This document shows positions 32,600-43,216 of a stretch of DNA of 64,000 bases, in pieces. Numbering within the stretch: the first letter of the stretch is position 1; the number at the start of each line of letters is the position of its first letter. The notes under the pieces were generated by a model, which was not told where the DNA came from, ran no database searches, and was given only the letters and a program-made list of their open reading frames with translations. The position numbers and the translations under genes are program-made. The stretch comes from Candidatus Woesearchaeota archaeon (lineage in GTDB: Archaea > Nanobdellota > Nanobdellia > SCGC-AAA011-G17 > GW2011-AR20): the NCBI GenBank assembly GCA_964419925.1, contig CAYQPR010000001.1, positions 34,865-98,864 on the forward strand, written 5' to 3'.

Positions 32600-34761
32600 A
32601 TATTTTCAGTTAAGCCTTTTCTCTTTCTAATTTGCGTAACTACTTTTTGCTGTAAATCAAATGGAAGCCTTTCAAATACTTGATCAACAACATAATGACT
32701 TCCTCTTCCGCCTGTTGCACTTCTTAAATCAGAAGTTAATCCAAACATTTCTGCGACAGGTAATTTTGCTTTGACTTTTATATAAGCTTCAGTTTGCTCT
32801 ACTTCTAACATTTGTCCACGTTTATTGCTTACTAGCTTACTAATTTCGCCTAAATACTGAGAAGGTGCATCAATTTCAAGAACTTGTAATGGTTCATACA
32901 TGGATGCTTGCGCTTTTAACATTCCTTCTCTTATAGCATCCCTTATTGCTGGAAGAACTTGTGCAGGCCCTCTATGGATTGCATCTTCATGTAATTTTGT
33001 ATCGGTTAAGGTAACTTTTAGTTTCATACACGGTTCTCTCGCTAATGGACCTTCATTCATAATTTGTTCAAAACCTTCGATGACTAATTCAATAACTTCA
33101 CCGATATGAACTTCTCCTTTTGTTCCATCAATTAAAACATTTCCTTTGAAAATATCACGATATTGTTTTGCAGATTTACTATCTAACCCTAATTTAACTA
33201 AGGTTTCCCATAAAGTTTTATCTTTTTTCTTAATTCCACCATCAGGTAATTCTCCGCTTCTTATTGCTTCAAAAATATTTTCTTCTAAAGGTTCAACTTT
33301 CATAAAGAATAAATTATGTTTATTTGGAGTTTTTCCCTCAACTTCCGGAGATTCTTTTTGTACAGTTTCTCTGTAAACAACAATAGGTGGACCAGTAACA
33401 ACATCTAATCCTTTTTCACTTTTAATTCTGTTTTCAATAACTTCTAAATGTAATTCTCCCATTCCTGACATTAAATTTTCTCCAGTCTCTTGATTTATTT
33501 CAATTTTTATACTAGGATCTTCTTTTGAAACTTGTTTTAAAACTTCAACCAGCTTTGGTAAATCTGAAGGTTTTTTAGCATCTATAGATTTTGTAACAAC
33601 AGGATCAAAAATGTGTTTTATGGCTTCGAAAGGAGTTATTATTCTGCTTGCAATTGTTTCTCCAGCATAAGCATCTTTTAATCCAACTAATCCAATAATA
33701 TTCCCGGCTACGGCCGAATCAACTTGCATCCTTGTTGGTCCTTTGTAAATATTAACTTGTTGAATTCTTACCTTTCTTTTAGCTAATATCATATCTACTT
33801 CATCACCTTGTCTTACAGTTCCAGAAAATAATCTTCCAGCTGAAATTTCACCAGCGTGTTTATCAATAACAATTTTAGTAACAATAAAAGCTACAGGACC
33901 ATTTGGATCGCAATTGATTAATGATTGTCCTTCTTCTGAATCTATATCACCATGCCAAATTTTTGGAATTCTATATGCTTGTGCTTGTTTTGGATTTGGA
34001 TGATGTTTTACAACTGTATTTAAAACAACTTTATGTAATGGTGCTTTATGTGCCATTTCATTTGGATCATCTTTCGCATACGCATCTAAAACATCTTTAA
34101 AACTAACATTATGTTTTTGCATGTAAGGAACACTTAATGCCCATTTATGAAATGCAGAACCGAAACAAACACTTCCGTCTTGAACACTTAAAGACCATTT
34201 ATCTTTAAACTCTTCTGGTGCAATATTACTTATAAAACGATTAACTTCAGTAATAACTTGTGTTAATCTTTCTTGGATTTTTTCAGGGGTTAGTTTAACT
34301 TCCCTTACCAAACGATCTACTTTATTTATGAATAAAACTGGCTTGACCCTTTCTCTTAGAGCTTGTTTGACAACTGTTTCTGTTTGAGGCATTATTCCTT
34401 CAACGGCATCAACTAAAATTATTGTTCCATCTACTGCCCTCATTGCTCTTGTAACATCTCCACCAAAATCAACATGTCCGGGTGTATCAATTAAATTAAT
34501 TAAATATTTATCACCATCAACATCATGAATCATAGAAACGTTAGCAGCATCTATTGTAATTCCTCTTTCTTTTTCATCTTCATGAAAATCTAAAGTTAAT
34601 TGTTTACCCGCTAATTCTTCTGAGATCATTCCCGCTCCAAGAAGTAGATTATCTGAAAATGTTGTTTTTCCGTGATCAATATGTGCAGCTATCGCAATAT
34701 TTCTAATCTTTTCTTGGTTATTCATTAATTCACGAATTTGTTCTGCTACTGTTTCAACCAT
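32596..34761 (-). CDS. fusA: elongation factor 2 (aEF-2)
   Basis: AHIDHGKTT and DTPGHVDF motifs, plus the diphthamide-region motif DAIHRGPAQV. Confidence 0.92.
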   Translation of the reverse strand: MVETVAEQIRELMNNQEKIRNIAIAAHIDHGKTTFSDNLLLGAGMISEELAGKQLTLDFHEDEKERGITIDAANVSMIHDVDGDKYLINLIDTPGHVDFGGDVTRAMRAVDGTIILVDAVEGIMPQTETVVKQALRERVKPVLFINKVDRLVREVKLTPEKIQERLTQVITEVNRFISNIAPEEFKDKWSLSVQDGSVCFGSAFHKWALSVPYMQKHNVSFKDVLDAYAKDDPNEMAHKAPLHKVVLNTVVKHHPNPKQAQAYRIPKIWHGDIDSEEGQSLINCDPNGPVAFIVTKIVIDKHAGEISAGRLFSGTVRQGDEVDMILAKRKVRIQQVNIYKGPTRMQVDSAVAGNIIGLVGLKDAYAGETIASRIITPFEAIKHIFDPVVTKSIDAKKPSDLPKLVEVLKQVSKEDPSIKIEINQETGENLMSGMGELHLEVIENRIKSEKGLDVVTGPPIVVYRETVQKESPEVEGKTPNKHNLFFMKVEPLEENIFEAIRSGELPDGGIKKKDKTLWETLVKLGLDSKSAKQYRDIFKGNVLIDGTKGEVHIGEVIELVIEGFEQIMNEGPLAREPCMKLKVTLTDTKLHEDAIHRGPAQVLPAIRDAIREGMLKAQASMYEPLQVLEIDAPSQYLGEISKLVSNKRGQMLEVEQTEAYIKVKAKLPVAEMFGLTSDLRSATGGRGSHYVVDQVFERLPFDLQQKVVTQIRKRKGLTENM

Positions 34762-34837
34762 TGAATTTTTGTAATTATTGGATTTTTAAAGCTTTTGTTA
34801 GAGAAAACTTTATAATCATAAAAACAATTACCGTTTT

Positions 34838-35713
34838 ATGGAATTTAATCTTGGAATTTTATTTGCGTTAGGTGCTTTAATCTGTTGGGGGTTTGGTGAT
34901 TTTAATTTACAAAAATTAATTAGAAAACTTGGAGATTGGGAAACATTATTAATAATCACTTTATTTGGATGGGTTGTTTTAACACCTTTTGTATATAAAG
35001 ACTTAAGTTTTTTATTTTCATTTCAAGATAATAGTTTTTTGATATTAATGATTGCAGCTATTGTAATCTCTATTGCGGCTTTATTAGATTTTGAAGCTTT
35101 AAAACAAGGAAAACTTGCAATTGTTGAACCAGTTTTAGCTTTAGAAGTCCCCGTTTCACTTGTTTTGTCTATATTTATTATAAAAGAAACAATTGGGATT
35201 TTACAATTAATCTTAATTTTTGTTTTGATATTAGGATTGATTTTAGTTTCATTAAAATCTAAACATCTTCTAAGAAAAAACTGGATTGAAAGGGGAGTTC
35301 TGGTTGCATTATTAGGGGCATTATTTATGGGCAGTTCAAATTTTTTAGTTGGATTTGCTTCTAGAGTTACAAATCCATTATTGACAAATTGGTTTATTAA
35401 CATGTTTATGGCATTACTGTCATTGTCTTATTTGATTCTTAATAGAAGATTTAAAAAAATTATTAGAGATGTTAATAAAAATAAGAAATTAACTTTTTCT
35501 GTATGTTTTTTAGATAATGGCGCGTGGATATTATTTGCATTTTCAATGTCATTGATCCCGATTGCAATTGCCGTTGCAGTTTCTGAAAGTTATATTGCTT
35601 TAGCGGCTTTATTAGGATTAGTAATAAATAAAGAATATTTAATGAGGCATCAGAAAATTGGTTTGTTTATTTCTTTAGTTTCTGCTATTGTATTAGCTGT
35701 TATATCAAGTTAA
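34838..35713 (+). CDS. EamA/DMT-family transporter
   Basis: ~10 TM helices arranged as two duplicated halves. Confidence 0.6.
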   Translation: MEFNLGILFALGALICWGFGDFNLQKLIRKLGDWETLLIITLFGWVVLTPFVYKDLSFLFSFQDNSFLILMIAAIVISIAALLDFEALKQGKLAIVEPVLALEVPVSLVLSIFIIKETIGILQLILIFVLILGLILVSLKSKHLLRKNWIERGVLVALLGALFMGSSNFLVGFASRVTNPLLTNWFINMFMALLSLSYLILNRRFKKIIRDVNKNKKLTFSVCFLDNGAWILFAFSMSLIPIAIAVAVSESYIALAALLGLVINKEYLMRHQKIGLFISLVSAIVLAVISS

Positions 35714-35793
35714 TATAAATAAAATTTTATAAAACTTTTCTATTACCATATGGTAACCAAATAGTTCAATTGAACTTTTTTGGAACTATAGCC

Positions 35794-36381
35794 CTATCTT
35801 AAATCTAACTCATTATTTACAATCGTAATACATTGAGAAGCATGATATTCAATTTTTCCTAAAGAAACCCTCTCCGCATTCAATCTATCCAATAGAAATT
35901 CTGTTTTTCTCGGCATTCCAATATAATCTCCAAAAATAACTAAAATATTTTCTTTAAAATTAAATTCTCTAATATTTTTTCCTTTTTTATGCAAATAAAT
36001 TAATTGATAATCTTTTGATTTTTCTTTGACAATTGATTCAAAACTTCTTTTACTAACAACAACGCCTGGAAATACTTCTAATGATTCATTTAATTTTAGA
36101 TCTTCACCTTTTTCTAAAGAAAATTTAATAAATTTTGCAATTCCTTTTTCATCGAATGCAAATCCCTTTAATTTTTCTCCGTAGAAAGAGATTGTTTTTG
36201 GAGGGTTTTTTGGGCCCTCTAAATTAACATGTATGATTGTATCGGGTCTTAATCCTTTAGCAACCCATAAAGCATTGCTTATACAATGACAGACAATGTC
36301 CATTTTTCCAGCTTCTGGAAGGTTATCTACATCAAAACTCGATGTATGTGCTTTTAATGCTCTTAGTAAGAATTCTCTCAT
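35794..36381 (-). CDS. trmY: tRNA (pseudouridine54-N1)-methyltransferase TrmY-like (SPOUT, COG1901)
   Basis: Strong resemblance to the Mja TrmY family: DLPEAGKMDIVCHCISNAL, LEGPKNPPKTISF, GDYIGM, HASQCITIVNNELD. Confidence 0.65.
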   Translation of the reverse strand: MREFLLRALKAHTSSFDVDNLPEAGKMDIVCHCISNALWVAKGLRPDTIIHVNLEGPKNPPKTISFYGEKLKGFAFDEKGIAKFIKFSLEKGEDLKLNESLEVFPGVVVSKRSFESIVKEKSKDYQLIYLHKKGKNIREFNFKENILVIFGDYIGMPRKTEFLLDRLNAERVSLGKIEYHASQCITIVNNELDLR

Positions 36382-36631
36382 GGATATACCAATTTTCTTT
36401 GTATTAAAAATCTATTTATTGTACTTTAAATTTCTTTGATTTACATAAACAAACTAATTCTTGTGGAATTTCATTTGCTACATAAACCGATTCGCATTCT
36501 TGACAAACTATGTTCATTTTGTTTAACTCCTTTAATATATGGTTATTAGGCTTAGGTGGTTTATAAATGTTACTATTTTAGGATGGTTATTAATTAGAAA
36601 GATTTAAAAACTTATTTTTTGTTTTGAGAAT

Positions 36632-37336
36632 ATGCTAAGCGAAACATTATTAAGAATCAGTGAGAGAACAAAGAAGCTTAATCTTGAAACTTATTTGTTT
36701 GATAATCTGACTAATGATTCTCCTGGAATCAGAATGAAGGAAGATGAATCTTCAATATTAAAATTTTTAGATGATACCCATAAAAATAGATATTATCTTT
36801 TTGGTTTAGGAAAACATAATTCTTGGAAAAAAGTTCAAAGTCTATTAAGAACTGAGCGTAATGGTGTTATTTCTTCATTTATCTCTACATTATCTCCATC
36901 TCCTCGATTAAATCTATTTTTGCTTAGAAATATCGGAGTAAATATCGAGAAGCCTTATTTAGGTAATTATGAAAAAGGGGATTTAGAAGTTTCTGTTGCA
37001 ACACACTGCACGTTTGATTATTTTTTTCCTGAATTAATTTCTGTTGGTTATGGAACACATTTTGGATTGCAATGCATTGTTGCTACACATGCAAATCAAA
37101 TTGATTATTGGGCGATTGGAACTGTTGATATCGGAAGAAATGTTTTTATTGGAGCAAGATCGATAATTGGTCCTGGTGCAATAATTGGCGATAATGCTAA
37201 AATTAATGTTGGCTCCGTAGTTTACGATGAGGTTCCAGAAGGACGTATCTTTGAAGGCAACCCGGCTAAAGATAAGGGACAAAGAAAATTTAGAGATGTT
37301 AAAATTTATAAAGGAATTCCGAAAATTGAAAGTTAA
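36632..37336 (+). CDS. hexapeptide-repeat (left-handed beta-helix) acyl/acetyltransferase
   Basis: IGRNVFIGARSIIGPGAIIGDNAKINVGSVV hexapeptide repeats. Confidence 0.55.
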   Translation: MLSETLLRISERTKKLNLETYLFDNLTNDSPGIRMKEDESSILKFLDDTHKNRYYLFGLGKHNSWKKVQSLLRTERNGVISSFISTLSPSPRLNLFLLRNIGVNIEKPYLGNYEKGDLEVSVATHCTFDYFFPELISVGYGTHFGLQCIVATHANQIDYWAIGTVDIGRNVFIGARSIIGPGAIIGDNAKINVGSVVYDEVPEGRIFEGNPAKDKGQRKFRDVKIYKGIPKIES

Positions 37337-37347
37337 AATTATTAAAA

Positions 37348-37821
37348 ATGGTACTCGATAAAAATATTATAGAAACGTGGAATGCTTTTGATGAAGTTGC
37401 TAACTATTATTTTAAGGGATTTGGTAATATAATTGCTGGAATAAACACAAGGATTCATAATTATTGTGAAGGGATTTCAAATAAAGAAAAAGTTAAATCT
37501 TCTTATGAGCAATTTGATAAAATTCAAGAATTTTACTCAAAAATTAAATTTGATGAACTAAAAGGAAAGAAAGATTTTTATCCTTTATTTGTTGTAGATA
37601 ATTTATTAAAAAAATATAAATTTAGTTTAGATGAAGTTATAACTGAAGATAAACTTGATTATTCTAGGGATATTGAAAGAATAGGTTCAGCTATCGTTGA
37701 GGTTGGAAGACTTTATCAAGATAATTTTGACATTTTATTAAATAAATTAAGAAAGCATAATTCGTTTAAAGATTTTAAAGTTGAGATTATAGATTATAAT
37801 GGGTTGAAATGGGATTTTTAA
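37348..37821 (+). CDS. hypothetical protein
   Basis: 157-aa ORF. Confidence 0.3.
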   Translation: MVLDKNIIETWNAFDEVANYYFKGFGNIIAGINTRIHNYCEGISNKEKVKSSYEQFDKIQEFYSKIKFDELKGKKDFYPLFVVDNLLKKYKFSLDEVITEDKLDYSRDIERIGSAIVEVGRLYQDNFDILLNKLRKHNSFKDFKVEIIDYNGLKWDF

Positions 37822-37831
37822 AAATTTAATT

Positions 37832-38449
37832 TTATCTACTCGCATCAGCTTGTCTTTCTAATTCTAATTTTTTAGATATTGCTGTGCTTCCTTGATCAAA
37901 GTTATATGCTTTTATGATTTCATCTGCCAAAGCATCAACGACATTAATTTTTTTATTGAAAGATTTTTGATAACTTCCTTGAACCATTTGCCTTAATGCT
38001 ATATCAATTCTTCTTTGAGGTGCACATTCTACTGATTGAGGATATCTTGCTCCACCATATTCTATTGTCGTAATTTCTTCTCTAGGTGCACAATTTTCAA
38101 GAGCCTTAACAAACACTTCTACAGGATTTTTTTTAGTTTTTTCTTCAATTATTTTAAATACATTTTCAACTATTTGTGAAGCCTTTGTCCATTTTCCTGC
38201 AAATCTTCCAGAAGTTGTTTTATGTTTTTTACCTTTATGTCCTGGAATCATTATTTTTCCGATTAATCTTTCAACAATATTTTCTTTATTTTTCCAAAAT
38301 CTTGTTTTAGCATATTTTCCAGAACTTTTTGGAACTAATATTGGTTTAACTGAGATGTATCCTTTTAATCCAGGGTCATTAACCTGGACTTCAGAAATTT
38401 CCCATTGATTAAATATTTTAAAATTCATTTTATCTTCTACCCTTCTCAA
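37832..38449 (-). CDS. rps7: ribosomal protein S7
   Basis: S7 consensus including the C-terminal ...[16 protein letters not shown]. The start may be the internal Met at ~38428. Confidence 0.88.
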   Translation of the reverse strand: MRRVEDKMNFKIFNQWEISEVQVNDPGLKGYISVKPILVPKSSGKYAKTRFWKNKENIVERLIGKIMIPGHKGKKHKTTSGRFAGKWTKASQIVENVFKIIEEKTKKNPVEVFVKALENCAPREEITTIEYGGARYPQSVECAPQRRIDIALRQMVQGSYQKSFNKKINVVDALADEIIKAYNFDQGSTAISKKLELERQADASR

Positions 38450-38867
38450 TTCTTCCTTTTAATAGAGCATCTAGGCTCTGATCATTAACTTTTATTACTT
38501 GCCATCTAATACCTGGAATATCTCCCTTAGCTCTTCCCTGTTTTCCACCTATTGCTTCAATTATAACCTCATCGTGTTCGTTAATAAACTTTATTGCATT
38601 ATAACCTGGAACAAACGCAGTTACTTTTCTACCATTTTTAACGAGTTGAGCTACAACACATTTTCTCATTCCTGAGTTTGGCTGTTTAGCCTCTCTCTGT
38701 GTTTTTTCAAGGACAATTGCTTTTGCAATCGGACTTCCCCTTAATGGATCTGAACGTGCTTTTAAATTTAATGTTCTTCTAACAAATTTTTTATCGTGCC
38801 ATCTATCTCTTTTTCTTCTATTCTTTATTTTTCTTCCTGCTCCCAAACCGCTTGATTTGTGACTCAT
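38430..38867 (-). CDS. rps12: ribosomal protein S12
   Basis: [26 protein letters not shown]...[13 protein letters not shown]. Confidence 0.9.
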   Translation of the reverse strand: MSHKSSGLGAGRKIKNRRKRDRWHDKKFVRRTLNLKARSDPLRGSPIAKAIVLEKTQREAKQPNSGMRKCVVAQLVKNGRKVTAFVPGYNAIKFINEHDEVIIEAIGGKQGRAKGDIPGIRWQVIKVNDQSLDALLKGRIEKGRR

Positions 38868-38868
38868 T

Positions 38869-39276
38869 TTATAGCACCTTTGCCTGTAAATTATAATAAC
38901 TTTTTAAAAGATTATTAAGTTCTTCTAAGTTTTTCCCTTCTCTTCCTATTAATAAACCTTTACTTTTTCTATCTTCAGCTTTAATTTCTATTAAATTATC
39001 TTTCAATTCAATATTTAAAGGTTTTACTGGATAAATAAAGTTCTTTATAAATCTCAACGGATCTTTACTAAACTCAACTATCCTTATTCTTTTATGTGTT
39101 AAATTTTCAATCATTTTTATATTTTTTCCTTTTATTCCAAGAGCCTTATTAAGATCGCCTTCATCAACAATGAATACATTTTTATCTTCTTTTTCTATAA
39201 TTTCTTTTACCTTTGCTTTTGTGAGGTTTTCAAAAAAATTTAGTTTTTCTATAGTTTCTTTATTCAATAACATCAT
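38869..39276 (-). CDS. nusA: archaeal NusA-like KH-domain protein
   Basis: KH motifs LGIKGKNIK and IGREGKNL, ~135 aa, located between rpl30e and rps12 as in other archaea. Confidence 0.8.
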   Translation of the reverse strand: MMLLNKETIEKLNFFENLTKAKVKEIIEKEDKNVFIVDEGDLNKALGIKGKNIKMIENLTHKRIRIVEFSKDPLRFIKNFIYPVKPLNIELKDNLIEIKAEDRKSKGLLIGREGKNLEELNNLLKSYYNLQAKVL

Positions 39277-39277
39277 T

Positions 39278-39526
39278 TTAATATCCTAAAACAGAAATAG
39301 AAAATGGTTTTTTGCAAATTGTTCCTAATTGTTCGTTATCTTCCTTCATACTTATAACACTTATTTTATGTAGCTTTGCTAAATGTTCAATATCCTCTTT
39401 CATTCTCATTGGGCAGTTTGAAGATAAATAAACTTTTTCTAATTTTCCAACTCTTAATTTTTTTAAAACTCTATCTGCCCCAATTATAATTTTATTCTCT
39501 TGCAATGCTTTTTTTAGGTCTTCCAT
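39278..39526 (-). CDS. rpl30e: ribosomal protein L30e (short form)
   Basis: KIIIGADRVLKKLRVGKLEKVYLSSNCP... Confidence 0.75.
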   Translation of the reverse strand: MEDLKKALQENKIIIGADRVLKKLRVGKLEKVYLSSNCPMRMKEDIEHLAKLHKISVISMKEDNEQLGTICKKPFSISVLGY

Positions 39527-39551
39527 TTTAAGTTATTATAATCAACCCTTT

Positions 39552-40703
39552 TTATTCTTTTTTATCCTTTCCTTTGGATTTGCTTCTCATTCTTGCAATC
39601 AAATCTGGTAATCCAGTTCCTAGGGGAACGGCTTGATTAACCATAACGTTTTCGATTACAGAGTTTAATCTATCAACTTCTCCAATTAACGATGCGTTAA
39701 CGATATGTTTTATAGGTGTTTCGAAACTTGCTCTTGCTAAAACACTTTCTTTTTCTGAGGTTATTCCGCTTCTCGTAACTCCCTTTATTTTTCCCGAATT
39801 CGTCATTGCATCTCCAAGTAACATCATATGTCTTATGTTAATATCTAAACCTTGTTGCTGTACAACATTTATCGCTTCATTCATTATATTCTGTCTTGCT
39901 GCTTCAATGCCTAAAACTTCGGCCATCATAAATATATCATTTGTTGTTGTTCTAGCTGCATCTACCCCTTCAACTTTTAAAACTTCTTTTAAATTTGCTC
40001 CTGAGCTTAAAATTACAAATTCTGTTCCATTAAATAATGGAGAAACTTGTTTTATTCCTTTTATTCCTTTTATATGCACTTCTTTTGATTTTTCTTTTAA
40101 TTGAAATAAATCTTTTAATCCATGATCTTCTTTTTTTGGTTTTAGTACAATTTTATCTCCGGAAAGACTAACTTTTATCTTTTTTAATTCTTCAGTAACT
40201 GTTTTTTCAACTTGTGATTCAGTTATCTTTAAATCCTTCATTTTTTTCTTGTCTAATTGAACTTCAACACGAACTTGACTTAAGTTTAAAGAAAATTCTG
40301 AAGAAATGTCTTGCAACTTTGTTTCAACCAATTGAGAAGCAACTAATTTTACTTTATCTTTATCTTTTGTGTAACCATGTTTTAAATAGATATCCATTCT
40401 TGGAGTGCTTGGTTCTTTTCTAGCATCAAAAATTTCTATTAATCTTGGAAGTCCTAAACTTACCTCTGCTTCCGCGACTCCTGCAAAGTGGAATGTTCTC
40501 AAGATCATTTGTGTTCCAGGTTCTCCAAAACTTTCAGCAGTGATAATTCCTATACTTTCACCTGGATTTATTTTTGCATTTTCATATTCAATTTTTACTC
40601 TTTTAATTACTTCTTTCTTTTTCTCTCCAATTCTTGCTTCTTTACTTAATTCTATTGCTTCTTCTTCTAATTTTTTTGGAAGTTCTTCATTATACATTTG
40701 CAC
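39552..40703 (-). CDS. rpoA2: DNA-directed RNA polymerase subunit A''
   Basis: Position and size match, and it carries the conserved trigger-loop region. Confidence 0.9.
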   Translation of the reverse strand: MQMYNEELPKKLEEEAIELSKEARIGEKKKEVIKRVKIEYENAKINPGESIGIITAESFGEPGTQMILRTFHFAGVAEAEVSLGLPRLIEIFDARKEPSTPRMDIYLKHGYTKDKDKVKLVASQLVETKLQDISSEFSLNLSQVRVEVQLDKKKMKDLKITESQVEKTVTEELKKIKVSLSGDKIVLKPKKEDHGLKDLFQLKEKSKEVHIKGIKGIKQVSPLFNGTEFVILSSGANLKEVLKVEGVDAARTTTNDIFMMAEVLGIEAARQNIMNEAINVVQQQGLDINIRHMMLLGDAMTNSGKIKGVTRSGITSEKESVLARASFETPIKHIVNASLIGEVDRLNSVIENVMVNQAVPLGTGLPDLIARMRSKSKGKDKKE

Positions 40704-43215
40704 TTACCTCTTTGACGATTCTTTTAACGTTAATAACTCCACCTTCTGTTTTGCTTACATCTAACCCATCATCACCATATATAAATTGAATTATTTTTCT
40801 ATTGGCATCTCTTACAGTTCCATCATATTCTACCCTTATGTCCTGAAGAGCGTTTGCTAATCTTCTATATAAATAACCAGACTTTGGAGTTCTTAATGCA
40901 GTGTCCATCAGCGAATCTCTTCCTGTCATTGCATGGAAGAAATATTCTGCAGGATTCATTCCACTTCTATACGAATTTTTAACAAATCCTCTAGATTCTG
41001 CTCCTAAATCATTTTTGTTAAATAAACTTAAAGTTCTTTTTCTGTAACCAACGTTTACTCTTGATCCTCTTAATACTTGCTGCCCTATTAATGCACCCAT
41101 CTGTGCAATATTTAAGAAATTTCCCTGTCCTCCACTTCTTACCATTAAGACAGTTGAATTTTCATCAGAAACGGTTTCATAAACCCCTTCTCCAATTTTA
41201 TCCCTTAGTTTTCCTAATAATTGTAAAATTAAATTTTCTAAAGTTATTTCTAAACTCATTCCAGGAAGTGATTCTAGTTCATTATTTTTATATTTTTTTA
41301 TTAATTCATTAATCTCTTCAATTGTTGAATCAATTTTTTCTTTGTTTTTCTTTGCTAGTTCATCACTTATATCGGTATCTTTTATTCCGGTTGTGAACCC
41401 TCTTTTCAAAAGAACTTGAATTCCTAACTTGAAGATTTTTCCCATAATTTCTAATCCAATATCTTCCCCATATTTTTTATATATTGCTCTAATTAATGTT
41501 CCATTATCTTCCCCAATTGTGGCTTTATCAATAAACCCTTCAGTTAATTTTCCATTTTTGATTATTACCTCTTCGTCCTTTTTTGTATTTCCAATGAAAT
41601 CGAAATCATTCGGAAGAAGACATGAAAATATATCTTTTCCAGAAACATTTTTTCCGCTTAATTTTTTAAAATCACTTACGCCTATACTATAAAGAATTTG
41701 TATTGCATCTTCTTTTTTAAATGTTGATTCTTTTGTTAAAATATAATTTCCAGTTACTGCATCTAATAAAGTTCCTACTACATTTAATCCATTTTTTGGA
41801 GTGATAATATGTGATTGGACTTGCATTAATATTTCTGCTTCTGCTCTTGATTCTTCTGTTTGTGGAATGTGAAGATTCATTTCATCTCCATCAAAATCAG
41901 CGTTATAAGGTGTACATGTTGCCGGATTTAATCTAAATGATTTTCCTGGCATGACTTTTATTTTATGGGCCATGATACTCATTCTGTGCAAACTTGGTTG
42001 TCTATTAAATACACAAATATCTCCATCCATAAGATGTCTTTCAACAATGTAACCTGGTTTTAATTCTTCTAAAATTTGTTTTTTTGTATCATCAGTTATT
42101 TTCTTTTTTCTACCTTCATCTGTTAAAACATAATTTGCACCTGGATAAACTGTTGGACCATTTTCGATGAATTTTTTTAGCCAATTAGCATTCCATTCTG
42201 TAACTTTTTCAGGAATCGTTAAATCAACTGCGACAACATAAGGAACACCAACTTCGTTAAATTCTATTTTTGGATCTGGACTAATAACTGTACGTGCAGC
42301 AAAGTTAACTCTTTTTCCAACTAGATTATGTCTGAATCTTCCCTCTTTACTTTTAATTCTTTCAGTTAAAGTTTTTAAAGGTTGTCCGCTTCTATGACGT
42401 GCTGGTGGGATTTGTGTTGTTTCATTATCAAAATAAGTTGTTATATGGTATTGCAATAAATCCCATAAATCTTCTACAATAACTTCTGGAGCTCCGGCAT
42501 TTATATTTTCAAATAGTCTTTGATTTATCCTTACAATGTCTCCTAGTTTATGTGTTAAATCATCTTCACTTCTTTCTCCAGTTTCTAGTGTTATACTTGG
42601 ACGAGTAGTTACCGGTGGAATTGGAAGCATAGATAATATCATCCATTCAGGTCTTGCATATCTTGGATCCATTCCTAAAGTTTCAACTTCTTCGTCTGTT
42701 AATTTTTCAAATCTTGCAATTATTTCAATTGGAGTTAATCTTCTATCTTCTTCTAAAAAACTGGTTGGCTTTTCAATTTTAATTGGAAGTTGTTTAGCAC
42801 TGCAATGAGGACAGGTTTTTACGGTTCTTAAATATTTTAATAATGCTAGTCCTCTTAGATTTTTATCTAACATATCTTTTTCTAAAATAAGGAGGTGACC
42901 ACATTCTCTGCAAGTACTTTTTAAAATAACTAAAACCTTTCTTACATATTTAACGTGCATTACTGGACGAGCTAATTCAACATACCCAAAGTGTCCAGGA
43001 CATTCTTTTAATTTTCCTGAACAAGTTTTACATCTTAATCCCGGATCAATAACTCCAAGATGGATATCCATCAATCCGCCATCTACAGGGTAACCTTCTT
43101 TATCATATAATTCTGCAGTTACTATTTTTGTTGAAGCTACTTTCTTTATTATTTTTGGAGACATTAATCCAAATATAATTTTTCCTATTCTCTTATGAAC
43201 ATATTCTTGATTCAT
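40690..43215 (-). CDS. rpoA1: DNA-directed RNA polymerase subunit A'
   Basis: NADFDGDEMN catalytic Mg motif and N-terminal zinc clamp. Confidence 0.92.
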   Translation of the reverse strand: MNQEYVHKRIGKIIFGLMSPKIIKKVASTKIVTAELYDKEGYPVDGGLMDIHLGVIDPGLRCKTCSGKLKECPGHFGYVELARPVMHVKYVRKVLVILKSTCRECGHLLILEKDMLDKNLRGLALLKYLRTVKTCPHCSAKQLPIKIEKPTSFLEEDRRLTPIEIIARFEKLTDEEVETLGMDPRYARPEWMILSMLPIPPVTTRPSITLETGERSEDDLTHKLGDIVRINQRLFENINAGAPEVIVEDLWDLLQYHITTYFDNETTQIPPARHRSGQPLKTLTERIKSKEGRFRHNLVGKRVNFAARTVISPDPKIEFNEVGVPYVVAVDLTIPEKVTEWNANWLKKFIENGPTVYPGANYVLTDEGRKKKITDDTKKQILEELKPGYIVERHLMDGDICVFNRQPSLHRMSIMAHKIKVMPGKSFRLNPATCTPYNADFDGDEMNLHIPQTEESRAEAEILMQVQSHIITPKNGLNVVGTLLDAVTGNYILTKESTFKKEDAIQILYSIGVSDFKKLSGKNVSGKDIFSCLLPNDFDFIGNTKKDEEVIIKNGKLTEGFIDKATIGEDNGTLIRAIYKKYGEDIGLEIMGKIFKLGIQVLLKRGFTTGIKDTDISDELAKKNKEKIDSTIEEINELIKKYKNNELESLPGMSLEITLENLILQLLGKLRDKIGEGVYETVSDENSTVLMVRSGGQGNFLNIAQMGALIGQQVLRGSRVNVGYRKRTLSLFNKNDLGAESRGFVKNSYRSGMNPAEYFFHAMTGRDSLMDTALRTPKSGYLYRRLANALQDIRVEYDGTVRDANRKIIQFIYGDDGLDVSKTEGGVINVKRIVKEVSANV

Positions 43216-43216
43216 T

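Noticed and set aside
36428-36529. 33-aa minus-strand Cys-containing ORF (MNIVCQECESVYVANEIPQELVCLCKSKKFKVQ) in the gap between trmY and the acetyltransferase gene.
   Set aside because: It has CxxC and CxC, so a tiny zinc-finger peptide is possible. It has no RBS or promoter support, and it is short enough to arise by chance. Not listed as a feature.
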